From a virus (taxonomy: Duplodnaviria > Caudoviricetes), in IMG/VR virus record IMGVR_UViG_3300017741_000006, positions 1 to 53,476 of that record: a DNA stretch of 53,476 bases. One strand, given 5' to 3'. Positions 18,350-25,590 of the stretch are shown piece after piece. The translations under genes were made by a program, and so were the position numbers. Position 1 is the stretch's first letter; every line of letters starts with the position of its first letter. A model generated the notes under the pieces. It saw only the letters and a program-made list of their open reading frames with translations, ran no database searches and was not told the origin of the DNA.

Positions 18350-18557
18350 TAAAGAAGCTGAGTTCTATCGCAATATTGTAATAGCTCAAGGCAATGAAAT
18401 TGAGATTTTACGTAATAACGTAAAGGAATTGCAGGGGCAACTGCAAGGCGCATATCGTCGTATTGGTGAGTTGAGAGAAGCTTTAGACATTGAAGTAAAG
18501 GAAAATAGAAATGAACCGGAAATTATTGTTGATCGCACCATTTTTCCTGCTGTCTAG
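18303..18557 (+). CDS. Hypothetical coiled-coil protein
   Basis: GAGGA SD; heptad-like LQ.QLQ.AY.RI.EL. Confidence 0.55.
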   Translation: MPMYGRIGKKAVDQTDKEAEFYRNIVIAQGNEIEILRNNVKELQGQLQGAYRRIGELREALDIEVKENRNEPEIIVDRTIFPAV

Positions 18558-18918
18558 TGCAGCAGTTGCAAATGAAATTGTAGATTATAACAAAACTGTT
18601 ATTGTACAAACTCCATACGTAGTCGAAGTTTGTAGGGATGAAAATGTATCTGGTGATAGAACCGGTGATACGCTGAAAGGTGCATTACTAGGAGGTATCA
18701 TTGGAAATAATATTAAAGGAGAGCAAGATGGTGGAGCTATTGGAGCTATTATCGGTGGTATGCTCGGTCATGCCAATTCTAATTCTACTGTGGCTACTCG
18801 CAATGTATGTACTTCCGAAACGAGATATAAAGAAACCGAAAAGACAATATACTCACATTCGACCATCACATTTTCACATGAAGGAGTAACTTACATGTTA
18901 AGGTTTAATAAGAAGTAA
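18511..18918 (+). CDS. Glycine-zipper 2TM exported protein
   Basis: Signal peptide plus GALLGGIIG...GAIGAIIGGMLG flanked by two Cys. Confidence 0.75.
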   Translation: MNRKLLLIAPFFLLSSAAVANEIVDYNKTVIVQTPYVVEVCRDENVSGDRTGDTLKGALLGGIIGNNIKGEQDGGAIGAIIGGMLGHANSNSTVATRNVCTSETRYKETEKTIYSHSTITFSHEGVTYMLRFNKK

Positions 18919-19145
18919 TGTGGAAAATATACTCTAGACCTCACTGTTCGTTTTGCGAGTTAGCTAAGATTATAATGACAGAACGCGGTATCGATTATGA
19001 AGATGTTGGGTTAACCGAAAATAAAGATCGTGAGTGGTTTAAGTCACAGGGATATAAAACTGTACCACAGATTTTCGATAGTGAAGGTAATCACATTGGA
19101 GGATATACTGAGCTTCGAAAATATTTTAATAATTTATCAAATTAA
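18918..19145 (+). CDS. nrdC: Glutaredoxin
   Basis: CSFC, TVPQIF and HIGGY..L. Confidence 0.85.
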   Translation: MWKIYSRPHCSFCELAKIIMTERGIDYEDVGLTENKDREWFKSQGYKTVPQIFDSEGNHIGGYTELRKYFNNLSN

Positions 19146-19147
19146 CT

Positions 19148-19177
19148 GTGTACATTTGCATAAAAGTAGTGTATAAT
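19148..19177 (+). promoter_or_regulatory. Early promoter
   Basis: GTGTAC, 18 nt, TATAAT, then AAAAAGAGGAG SD. Confidence 0.8.
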
Positions 19178-19208
19178 ATTATTAATGATTGAAAAAGAGG
19201 AGCAAATC

Positions 19209-19520
19209 ATGTCTTATATTATGGAACAAGATCTTAAAGACTACATCAACAACCAGCGTGCTGAGGCTGAAGAGTTCTCAAAGCAACCTGGTTGCTGGAT
19301 GGGATCATTCCCTCACCCCGATGAAATTGGATATTGGAGTGGTCGTGTACCTACCGGTAAACTTAAGCAATTTATGCGACAACAGCTTGTTGAGGACGCG
19401 TATTACCTCACCGCTGAGAAGACTAGCAAGAGCTATGCTCGTTCGCTAAACTTCGCTAACTGGACCGATGAGCGCATTCAGCGGCACATCGACAACATGT
19501 GTCAAAGGGAGGCTTCATAA
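19209..19520 (+). CDS. Early hypothetical protein
   Basis: ATG 6 nt after GAGGAG. Confidence 0.65.
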   Translation: MSYIMEQDLKDYINNQRAEAEEFSKQPGCWMGSFPHPDEIGYWSGRVPTGKLKQFMRQQLVEDAYYLTAEKTSKSYARSLNFANWTDERIQRHIDNMCQREAS

Positions 19521-19738
19521 TGGATTTTCCACAATATACAACCTATGAATATAAAGGTTATGTGTATGTCGGAGACTATGATGAGGATCCTGATGACCGC
19601 ACGCGTAAGATGTGGCATCAAATGACTTCACCAACTGGCGACATATATCATCTAGATAATACATGGGGTCCTTATAAAGTCCCATCTCGAGAAGAGTTCG
19701 CAACAGTTGTTGAAAATTGGATTGACTGGAGCTCCTAA
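19520..19738 (+). CDS. Hypothetical protein
   Basis: GGGAGG SD with TAATG coupling. Confidence 0.6.
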   Translation: MDFPQYTTYEYKGYVYVGDYDEDPDDRTRKMWHQMTSPTGDIYHLDNTWGPYKVPSREEFATVVENWIDWSS

Positions 19739-19938
19739 TGCCCACACTAATCGAGATACAACAGGCGCTGCCTCTATATGCACAGCTCCTCTTTTATGCA
19801 GTAGCTGGCGCGCTTGTTGTAGGTACCTTCTTTTCAATTGTTGGATTTATGTTTAGACATGCTCTTGCGATTATTGCTATAGCTACTATATGGTTTATAA
19901 TGAAATATGGGAGTGAATTAACTTTATTGGTTCCGTAG
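19738..19938 (+). CDS. Small membrane protein; its stop codon lies inside tRNA-Arg
   Basis: Two hydrophobic helices, GGAG SD, TAATG coupling. Confidence 0.6.
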   Translation: MPTLIEIQQALPLYAQLLFYAVAGALVVGTFFSIVGFMFRHALAIIAIATIWFIMKYGSELTLLVP

Positions 19939-20005
19939 CTCAGCTGGATAGAGCAACTGACTTCTAATCAGTAGGTCGGGGGTTCGAGTCCTCCCGGAAT
20001 CGCCA
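19929..20005 (+). tRNA. tRNA-Arg(TCT)
   Basis: Cloverleaf; anticodon arm ACTGA-CTTCTAA-TCAGT; GGTTCGAGTCC; encoded CCA. Confidence 0.95.
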
Positions 20006-20007
20006 AT

Positions 20008-20092
20008 GCCCCTGTGATGGAATGGTAGACATAACGGACTTAAAATCCGTGGGCCTTAGGCCGTGCGAGTTCGAGTCTCGCTGGGGGCACCA
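20008..20092 (+). tRNA. tRNA-Leu(TAA)
   Basis: Anticodon arm ACGGA-CTTAAAA-TCCGT; long variable arm GGCC-TTA-GGCC; encoded CCA. Confidence 0.93.
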
Positions 20093-20110
20093 AAAATTTA
20101 GGAGAGGTCG

Positions 20111-20245
20111 ATGAAAACGAAGGCAGATCGTATACATAAAAGTAAGACAGCTCGTAAAAAAAGAAAAGAAATCAAAGAAATAGTTTTTAAGCGAACTGTT
20201 AACTTTTTTTCTAAGATGAGAAGAAAAAGACGGAGAATCTCATGA
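20111..20245 (+). CDS. Very basic 44-aa protein (not in ORF track)
   Basis: GGAGAGG SD; MKTKADRIHKSKTARKKRKEIKEIVFKRTVNFFSKMRRKRRRIS*; ATGA overlap with the next ORF. Confidence 0.55.
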   Translation: MKTKADRIHKSKTARKKRKEIKEIVFKRTVNFFSKMRRKRRRIS

Positions 20246-20433
20246 TTGTATTAGCATTTGTTTCTGCACTTTGGTTTGCAGGTAACACGGAATTCGTAAA
20301 GACAACAGAAGCACAAAGAGAAGAAGGGTTTAGATGGCATCAGATTGAATGTCGCGATCGTAATCCTGATTTACCTGCTATTGTGATATCTACACCAACC
20401 GGTCGCGAGATCGTTTGTCATAAGCTGCAGTAG
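20242..20433 (+). CDS. Small exported/membrane-anchored protein; its stop codon lies inside tRNA-Thr
   Basis: GGAG SD, hydrophobic N-terminus, two Cys. Confidence 0.55.
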   Translation: MIVLAFVSALWFAGNTEFVKTTEAQREEGFRWHQIECRDRNPDLPAIVISTPTGREIVCHKLQ

Positions 20434-20499
20434 CTCAGTTGGTAGAGCAGCTGATTTGTAATCAGCAGGTCCGCGGTTCGAGTCCGTGTTGCAGCACCA
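20424..20499 (+). tRNA. tRNA-Thr(TGT)
   Basis: Anticodon arm GCTGA-TTTGTAA-TCAGC; GGTTCGAGTCC; encoded CCA. Confidence 0.95.
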
Positions 20500-20503
20500 C
20501 ATT

Positions 20504-20579
20504 TGGGATGTAGCTCAGTTGGTAGAGCAGGTGACTGTTAATCACCTTGTCGGGGGTTCGAGCCCCTCCATCCCAGCCA
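20504..20579 (+). tRNA. tRNA-Asn(GTT)
   Basis: Anticodon arm GGTGA-CTGTTAA-TCACC; GGTTCGAGCCC; encoded CCA. Confidence 0.95.
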
Positions 20580-20585
20580 TTGGAG

Positions 20586-20593
20586 TATAAATA
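20586..20593 (+). promoter_or_regulatory. T4 late promoter
   Basis: Exact intergenic TATAAATA. Confidence 0.7.
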
Positions 20594-20598
20594 AATCT

Positions 20599-20757
20599 AT
20601 GAATGGAAACGTTACACTAGCTGATGTCATAATTATTTCTCCATTTGCATGGATTATGGCACAGTCAGCTATGACTGGTCAATATTTTTGGCTGTTCTTG
20701 TCATGGTGGTTGTTTAATATCTATGCAAATAAACGTAGGAGTTGGATCAGTGTCTGA
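20599..20757 (+). CDS. Small Trp-rich membrane protein (52 aa, not in ORF track)
   Basis: MNGNVTLADVIIISPFAWIMAQ...WLFLSWWLFNIYANKRRSWISV*; no SD, ATG 5 nt after the late promoter. Confidence 0.5.
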   Translation: MNGNVTLADVIIISPFAWIMAQSAMTGQYFWLFLSWWLFNIYANKRRSWISV

Positions 20758-21010
20758 TTTTTTTGACTTTGGCTTTACTGCAGTAGATGAAACTGAACTA
20801 AAAGTTGTGCAGGATGCAGCTCGTGAAGCAGAGGTGATAGCCAATACTGCTAACGATGCCCAGCTTAAGCTAGATGCACTATTTAATGCAGTACAACCTC
20901 TTCTTAATAATCTAAAAGCTAATCCTGAAAAAGAATATATTCTTTGGCCTAATCGAGTACAAAAGGTTGAGGCATTTGAGGCTAAACTTTTAGAGATCTA
21001 TACAAAATAA
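20750..21010 (+). CDS. Conserved T4-like hypothetical protein
   Basis: FDFGFTAVDE.EL...PLLNNL..NPEKEYI.WPNR; GTG start after AGGAG. Confidence 0.7.
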   Translation: MSDFFDFGFTAVDETELKVVQDAAREAEVIANTANDAQLKLDALFNAVQPLLNNLKANPEKEYILWPNRVQKVEAFEAKLLEIYTK

Positions 21011-21651
21011 TGTCATTCCTTGTTCATCCTCTTCCTCCTATTGATGTAATGGTTCGTAAAGAATACCTTTACGATCTAGAAAAAGGGCATGGTGAATATA
21101 CACCAGGCGTTTGGATATCAGTTAAATCTACACAATACAAAGCTCTCTATTTCGAAACGCTACTAACTGATTATGGTGCACTATATGATAAGCTTCCGCT
21201 ATCGGCGTTCGTATGGAAAACCCCGCATGGCAATCTTCCTTTAGATACATTACAGCTTTGGGATTGTTTCGATTATCATTTAACTGTTATTGAAAAACCT
21301 ATTCTAGCTCGCTGTGAATTCTTTGGTAAAGATAAGAATATGCACGGTGGTGAATATATGTTTACTATTGACAACGCACATCCGGATGCAAGTGTACTTG
21401 ACGTCAATTACTCTGAGCATGATCCCGAGCACAAATCATTTAATATCATTAAATTAGATAATGGACAATTTGCTGCTCAACCAAACAATCGTGTTATCTT
21501 TAGAGATTCAAGTCTTACTCCGTCTAAGCTCTTACAGCCAGATTTTAAGGTATGTACGCAAAATTATGCTGTTGAAGTAGAGCCTAAATGGTCTGTAGGT
21601 CATACAGATGAGTGGCAATACAAAACTGAAGAAGAAAAAAAATCTATGTGA
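21010..21651 (+). CDS. Conserved marine phage hypothetical protein
   Basis: VRKEYLYD, GALYDKLP, LQLWDCF, EHK and NGQFAAQPNNR motifs. Confidence 0.7.
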   Translation: MSFLVHPLPPIDVMVRKEYLYDLEKGHGEYTPGVWISVKSTQYKALYFETLLTDYGALYDKLPLSAFVWKTPHGNLPLDTLQLWDCFDYHLTVIEKPILARCEFFGKDKNMHGGEYMFTIDNAHPDASVLDVNYSEHDPEHKSFNIIKLDNGQFAAQPNNRVIFRDSSLTPSKLLQPDFKVCTQNYAVEVEPKWSVGHTDEWQYKTEEEKKSM

Positions 21652-21683
21652 TTGATTTGATTCAGTAATCCCCGCATTTTTTA

Positions 21684-21713
21684 GTGTACATTTACTAAAA
21701 AATAGTGTATAAT
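21684..21713 (+). promoter_or_regulatory. Early promoter
   Basis: GTGTAC, 18 nt, TATAAT, then AAAAGAGGAG SD. Confidence 0.8.
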
Positions 21714-21744
21714 AGATATAACAATTGGAAAAGAGGAGTATTCC

Positions 21745-22005
21745 ATGTCTAAATTTATTATCACTAAGAATTCAACTACATCTGAGCGTATGGCTGCTAT
21801 TAAAGAAGCTGCCGATCGTTTCAATGCTAAGATGCAGCGCAACTTCAAAGTTCGCGATTATACCACTACACCTAAAGAAGAGCGTAGCGAGTACGATACG
21901 CACAACATCAATGCTTACACTGATGGTTCTAAATACCTCAATGAGCATTATGGTGATCGTGTTCGCGATCAAAATTCTTATGAATCAAATGATGGGTGGA
22001 ACTAA
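21745..22005 (+). CDS. Early hypothetical protein
   Basis: GAGGAG SD after the promoter. Confidence 0.65.
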   Translation: MSKFIITKNSTTSERMAAIKEAADRFNAKMQRNFKVRDYTTTPKEERSEYDTHNINAYTDGSKYLNEHYGDRVRDQNSYESNDGWN

Positions 22006-22223
22006 TGGAAAACATTTACACAATCGAACTTGATGTTTACGATGTAACTGATTTGGCTCAGGACTGTCGTAATTATGGAATTAATGGCCGGCTTGTTAAT
22101 CCTAAAGGAATTAACGGTCTTCCTATTTGGCAGTACACTGGTACTTTCTCTAAGCTTTCGAAATTTGTCGAAGAAGTTTATTTAGATGATCTTACAGATT
22201 ATTTTGAGAAGGTAGTGGCATAA
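22005..22223 (+). CDS. Hypothetical protein
   Basis: TAATG coupling. Confidence 0.55.
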   Translation: MENIYTIELDVYDVTDLAQDCRNYGINGRLVNPKGINGLPIWQYTGTFSKLSKFVEEVYLDDLTDYFEKVVA

Positions 22224-22420
22224 TGCCCAGTTTTAGTAACATGTCATCTGATCGTATAATGGCATGTAGAGTCTTTGATGGTGAGATTAGAAAGATTGAA
22301 GATATGATTGCTCGCGGTGATCATGATGCAGAATTTCTTCAAACAGTAGCTAACTATCTTTCTTATCGCATTCAAGATATGGAAGCTAAATGTCACGGTA
22401 CTAGTGAGGATATAAAATGA
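22223..22420 (+). CDS. Hypothetical protein
   Basis: TAATG coupling. Confidence 0.55.
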   Translation: MPSFSNMSSDRIMACRVFDGEIRKIEDMIARGDHDAEFLQTVANYLSYRIQDMEAKCHGTSEDIK

Positions 22421-22773
22421 CTATGCATCTTGTGCGTGGAATGACCACGCTTTCAACTCGTAAACGTAAATCTAACCGTAAGCCGGGTCAAGCAAAAGCT
22501 CAGGCTGCTCACGATGCATGGCTTCGCAAAATGGGTCTACATCCTTCTCAACTTAAGCATAAGGAAAAATCAAGTGGCAATTGTATTCCGAACTATTCAA
22601 CGCAGAGTACAACAGTCCCAACGTCAGACCGTGTTGTTGCCATCCAAGGGAAGCGAAAAGTACAAGAGTACTCGGGAGACTACATCGTTGGAATCGCAAC
22701 GATGCATAAGTCCAACCTTGTTCCAGTGGGCAGAGGACAAAGCCCAGAAGAACTAGCAAAGATGAGACGTTAA
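22417..22773 (+). CDS. Conserved basic hypothetical protein
   Basis: C-terminal YSG....GIATMHKSNLVPV motif recognised from T4-like phages; GAGGA SD. Confidence 0.65.
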   Translation: MTMHLVRGMTTLSTRKRKSNRKPGQAKAQAAHDAWLRKMGLHPSQLKHKEKSSGNCIPNYSTQSTTVPTSDRVVAIQGKRKVQEYSGDYIVGIATMHKSNLVPVGRGQSPEELAKMRR

Positions 22774-22830
22774 ACCTGGTTAAGTTGGATGTATAGACAT
22801 ACACTAACATTTGACCAGCTTAACCTGGTT
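22773..22830 (+). repeat. 16-bp imperfect inverted repeat (stem-loop) at operon end
   Basis: AACCTGGTTAAGTTGG (22773-22788) pairs with CCAGCTTAACCTGGTT (22815-22830). Confidence 0.7.
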
Positions 22831-22861
22831 CCAACTATTTTTCAAATTAGTGAAATTAACT

Positions 22862-22891
22862 GTGTACATTTGCTTAAAACTGTGATAGAAT
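22862..22891 (+). promoter_or_regulatory. Early promoter
   Basis: GTGTAC, 18 nt, TAGAAT; the upstream AGTGAAATTAACT is identical to the copy at 9579. Confidence 0.75.
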
Positions 22892-22900
22892 ATATACAAG

Positions 22901-23125
22901 ATGGAAAAAGTACTACTCACTGGAAAAACTCGTCACGGCAAAAACCGTATTCAACAGCATGGTAAAGTCTGGCTTATAAAAGACCTAGGAACATTCAAAG
23001 GTTCACCTGCAATGCTTTTGCGCAGCGAGTTTAGAACTGAAGGTCCTAAAGACCATAAAGGTTTTGACGGTCGGTGGGTACTTCTTCAAAATGATCCCAA
23101 CTTTATTATCGAGGAGCAACGATAA
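22901..23125 (+). CDS. Hypothetical protein (near-leaderless)
   Basis: L.GKTRHGKNRI.QHG..W...RWV....DPNF; no SD. Confidence 0.65.
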   Translation: MEKVLLTGKTRHGKNRIQQHGKVWLIKDLGTFKGSPAMLLRSEFRTEGPKDHKGFDGRWVLLQNDPNFIIEEQR

Positions 23126-24249
23126 TGCCATTAGTAAAACGTAAGAAGAAAACTATTCGTGCACGCCGCCGTACTGGCGCAGGTGCAGCACCAGTCGAAA
23201 AAGGTTTTGATAGTGTACTATATTACTTTCAAAACGAAGTTGATCGCAAAGAAACAATTGAATGTACTAAATCATTTATTCGTACTACATTCAATAAAAC
23301 CGATGCAAAGCATATCCTTGCTAATCCAGATTATAACTTCGGTCACTCTTATATGGGCGCTACGAGTTACTGGTATACGTCAGGTCAAGAAGTAAATGAA
23401 AGATCGACGTATTGGCATGACAGTCTTGTTAATCGATTTAAAGGCTATATCGATGCTGGCAAAGCTATCGTAAAAGAGAAAGCTCTTGAGAAGAAAGTAG
23501 AAAAGAATATTGTTACTCTTTCTCCAATGCAGCGTCTACAAAACAAGATTAGTAATACCATTATGCAAGACCTTCTTAATCTAGAAGATCAATGGATCGA
23601 AGGTGAAAAGACCGACATTGATATTTACAGTTTGTTTAAAAAGCACGGCCTGCCTAACTCGGCTACTCTGCCAGTAAGGCAACTAATTGAAGGATGGTTG
23701 CTAGACTATGATGATGCTCTTCATGCTAGGTGTGACCAGGCAGTCGAAGGGTATTCGCACTTGAAAAAACCAGAACTCAAGCGCCGTGTAAAAGCTTGTC
23801 AGGACATGCTCCTCGATCTTGACAAGCTTAAGTCCGCAGCTAAGGCACAACGTAAGACAAGAGTCAAACAGCCTAAAGCTGCGGACAAACAAGTTTCGAA
23901 AGTAAAGTACAAGAAGGAAGATAGTGAATTTAAATTAGCTTCTATTAATCCTGTACAAATAGTCGGTAAAACCAGACTATATACTTTCAATACAAAGTCT
24001 CGAATGCTTACAGAGTATATTACTCAAAGTGTTGGAGGTTTTGAAATCTCAGGTACATCGATTAAAAATATCGATAGTATTAATAGTAGAACAGTCAAGC
24101 TTCGTAAGCCTAATGAATTTCTAGCTTTAGTCCTTACAAAGTCTGTAAAACAAATACATATTGCTTGGGATACTCTAACTACTAAGAGCAGTGTACCAAA
24201 CGGTAGACTGAATGACGATACAATTCTATTGAAAGCACTAGATAAATGA
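23125..24249 (+). CDS. Conserved T4-like hypothetical protein upstream of gp33
   Basis: EGYSHL, LASINP..I.G, FNTK.R, LRKP and NGRLN..TILL motifs; GAGGAG SD. Confidence 0.7.
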   Translation: MPLVKRKKKTIRARRRTGAGAAPVEKGFDSVLYYFQNEVDRKETIECTKSFIRTTFNKTDAKHILANPDYNFGHSYMGATSYWYTSGQEVNERSTYWHDSLVNRFKGYIDAGKAIVKEKALEKKVEKNIVTLSPMQRLQNKISNTIMQDLLNLEDQWIEGEKTDIDIYSLFKKHGLPNSATLPVRQLIEGWLLDYDDALHARCDQAVEGYSHLKKPELKRRVKACQDMLLDLDKLKSAAKAQRKTRVKQPKAADKQVSKVKYKKEDSEFKLASINPVQIVGKTRLYTFNTKSRMLTEYITQSVGGFEISGTSIKNIDSINSRTVKLRKPNEFLALVLTKSVKQIHIAWDTLTTKSSVPNGRLNDDTILLKALDK

Positions 24250-24485
24250 TAGAGGAACAATTTCTTACTAAGTCTAAGTTTACTAAACTCATTGAAGGAA
24301 CAGTGAATGAACTTCATATACCATACATGGACGCTATTCTTCATGTATGTGATAAGAATAACATTGAACCTGAAGATGTTAAAAAGTTTATCTCACCAAT
24401 TATTAAAGATAAACTTGAAGCTGAGGCAATGCAGCTTAATTTCTTGCCAAAAGGTAATACTCTTGATTCGGCGTTTTTCGAATGA
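24246..24485 (+). CDS. gp33: Late-transcription coactivator gp33
   Basis: F...IE, YMDAI...C....I.PE, I...K.KLE.EA..LNFL. Confidence 0.85.
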   Translation: MIEEQFLTKSKFTKLIEGTVNELHIPYMDAILHVCDKNNIEPEDVKKFISPIIKDKLEAEAMQLNFLPKGNTLDSAFFE

Positions 24486-24500
24486 TGGGTATATATAATA

Positions 24501-24530
24501 GTGTACAACAACGCATGAATGTTGTATAAT
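24501..24530 (+). promoter_or_regulatory. Early promoter of gene 32
   Basis: GTGTAC, 18 nt, TATAAT; contains a TACAACA/TGTTGTA inverted repeat. Confidence 0.75.
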
Positions 24531-24570
24531 ATATTTCAGTTAATACTACAGCAATACAAGGAACATATAA

Positions 24571-25476
24571 ATGTCTTTTGCAAATCTAAAGCGTAATCGC
24601 GACCAAATCTCCAAACTAGTTCAAGCAGCAGAAGCCACCGGTGGTGGTGAAAAGAAGTCATATGACGATGAACGTATTTGGAAACCAACAGTAGATAAAG
24701 CCGGTAACGGTTATGCTGTTCTCCGTTTTCTTCCAGCATCTGAAGGTTCTGATCTTCCATGGGTTCGTTATTGGGACCATGGCTTTAAAGGTCCAACTGG
24801 TCTATGGTATATTGAAAACTCTCTTACTTCTATTGGTCAAGCAGATCCGGTTGGCGAGCTTAATTCTCGTCTGTGGAATTCTGGACATGAAGAAGATAAA
24901 GAAACTGCACGTAAACAAAAGCGTCGTCTACACTATGTAGTTAATGCTCTCGTTGTACAAGATCCTGGTAATCCACAGAATGAAGGTCGTGTAGTACTAT
25001 ATAAATTCGGTAAGAAGATCTTTGATAAGATTATGGATGTTATGCAGCCATCATTTGCCGATGAAACGCCTGTTAATCCTTTCGACTTTTGTGAAGGTGC
25101 AGACTTTAAATTGAAAATCCGTCAGGTTGAAGGATATCGTAATTATGATAAGTCAGAGTTTGCAAGCGCATCTGCTCTCTATGATGCAGAAGAATCCAAG
25201 TTGGAAGAAGTCTATAACCAACTACATTCACTCAGTGAGTTTACCGAACCAAGTAACTACAAAAGCTACGATGACCTCAAAGCAAAACTAAGTCGAGTGT
25301 TGGGTGAAGATACAGTTGCAATGGGTGCACCAACTATGGCACAGACCGTTCAAATGAATGAGCCGGCTCCTGCTCCCGCAGCTCCTGCACAAGCACCTGT
25401 TACTGCAGAACAAGTATCATCTACGGATGATGATGACACAATGTCCTACTTTGCACGTCTTGCAAATGATGAATAG
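24571..25476 (+). CDS. gp32: Single-stranded DNA-binding protein gp32
   Basis: D.R.WKP..DKAGNGYAV.RFLP, YKFGKKIFDKI, NYDKSEF; acidic C-terminal tail. Confidence 0.95.
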   Translation: MSFANLKRNRDQISKLVQAAEATGGGEKKSYDDERIWKPTVDKAGNGYAVLRFLPASEGSDLPWVRYWDHGFKGPTGLWYIENSLTSIGQADPVGELNSRLWNSGHEEDKETARKQKRRLHYVVNALVVQDPGNPQNEGRVVLYKFGKKIFDKIMDVMQPSFADETPVNPFDFCEGADFKLKIRQVEGYRNYDKSEFASASALYDAEESKLEEVYNQLHSLSEFTEPSNYKSYDDLKAKLSRVLGEDTVAMGAPTMAQTVQMNEPAPAPAAPAQAPVTAEQVSSTDDDDTMSYFARLANDE

Positions 25477-25584
25477 GAATAAGGTATGCCAACCTCATGT
25501 GGGCCTTGTCGCTGAATAAGATTCGGACAAAAGTTGGAGCAACAATGACTAAAGACTGATAGGGGGACTTCGGTCCCCTTATTC
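25477..25584 (+). ncRNA. Candidate structured RNA in the gp32 / tape measure intergenic region
   Basis: Nested complementary segments spanning the whole intergenic region (see findings). Confidence 0.3.
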
Positions 25585-25590
25585 TATTTT
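25560..25590. terminator. Rho-independent terminator-like hairpin between convergent genes
   Basis: AGGGGGAC-TTCG-GTCCCCTT (C-UUCG-G tetraloop) followed by T-rich ATTCTATTTT. Confidence 0.85.

Noticed and set aside
5281-22891. Dispersed ~40-bp repeats as a CRISPR array or transposon ends
   Set aside because: They are kilobases apart with no regular spacers, cas or transposase gene; they fit -35/-10 promoters followed by SDs
25477-25560. SAM/SAH riboswitch, hammerhead ribozyme or tmRNA piece
   Set aside because: Only GTTGGAGCAA and CTGA fragments resemble these; the core consensus elements are missing
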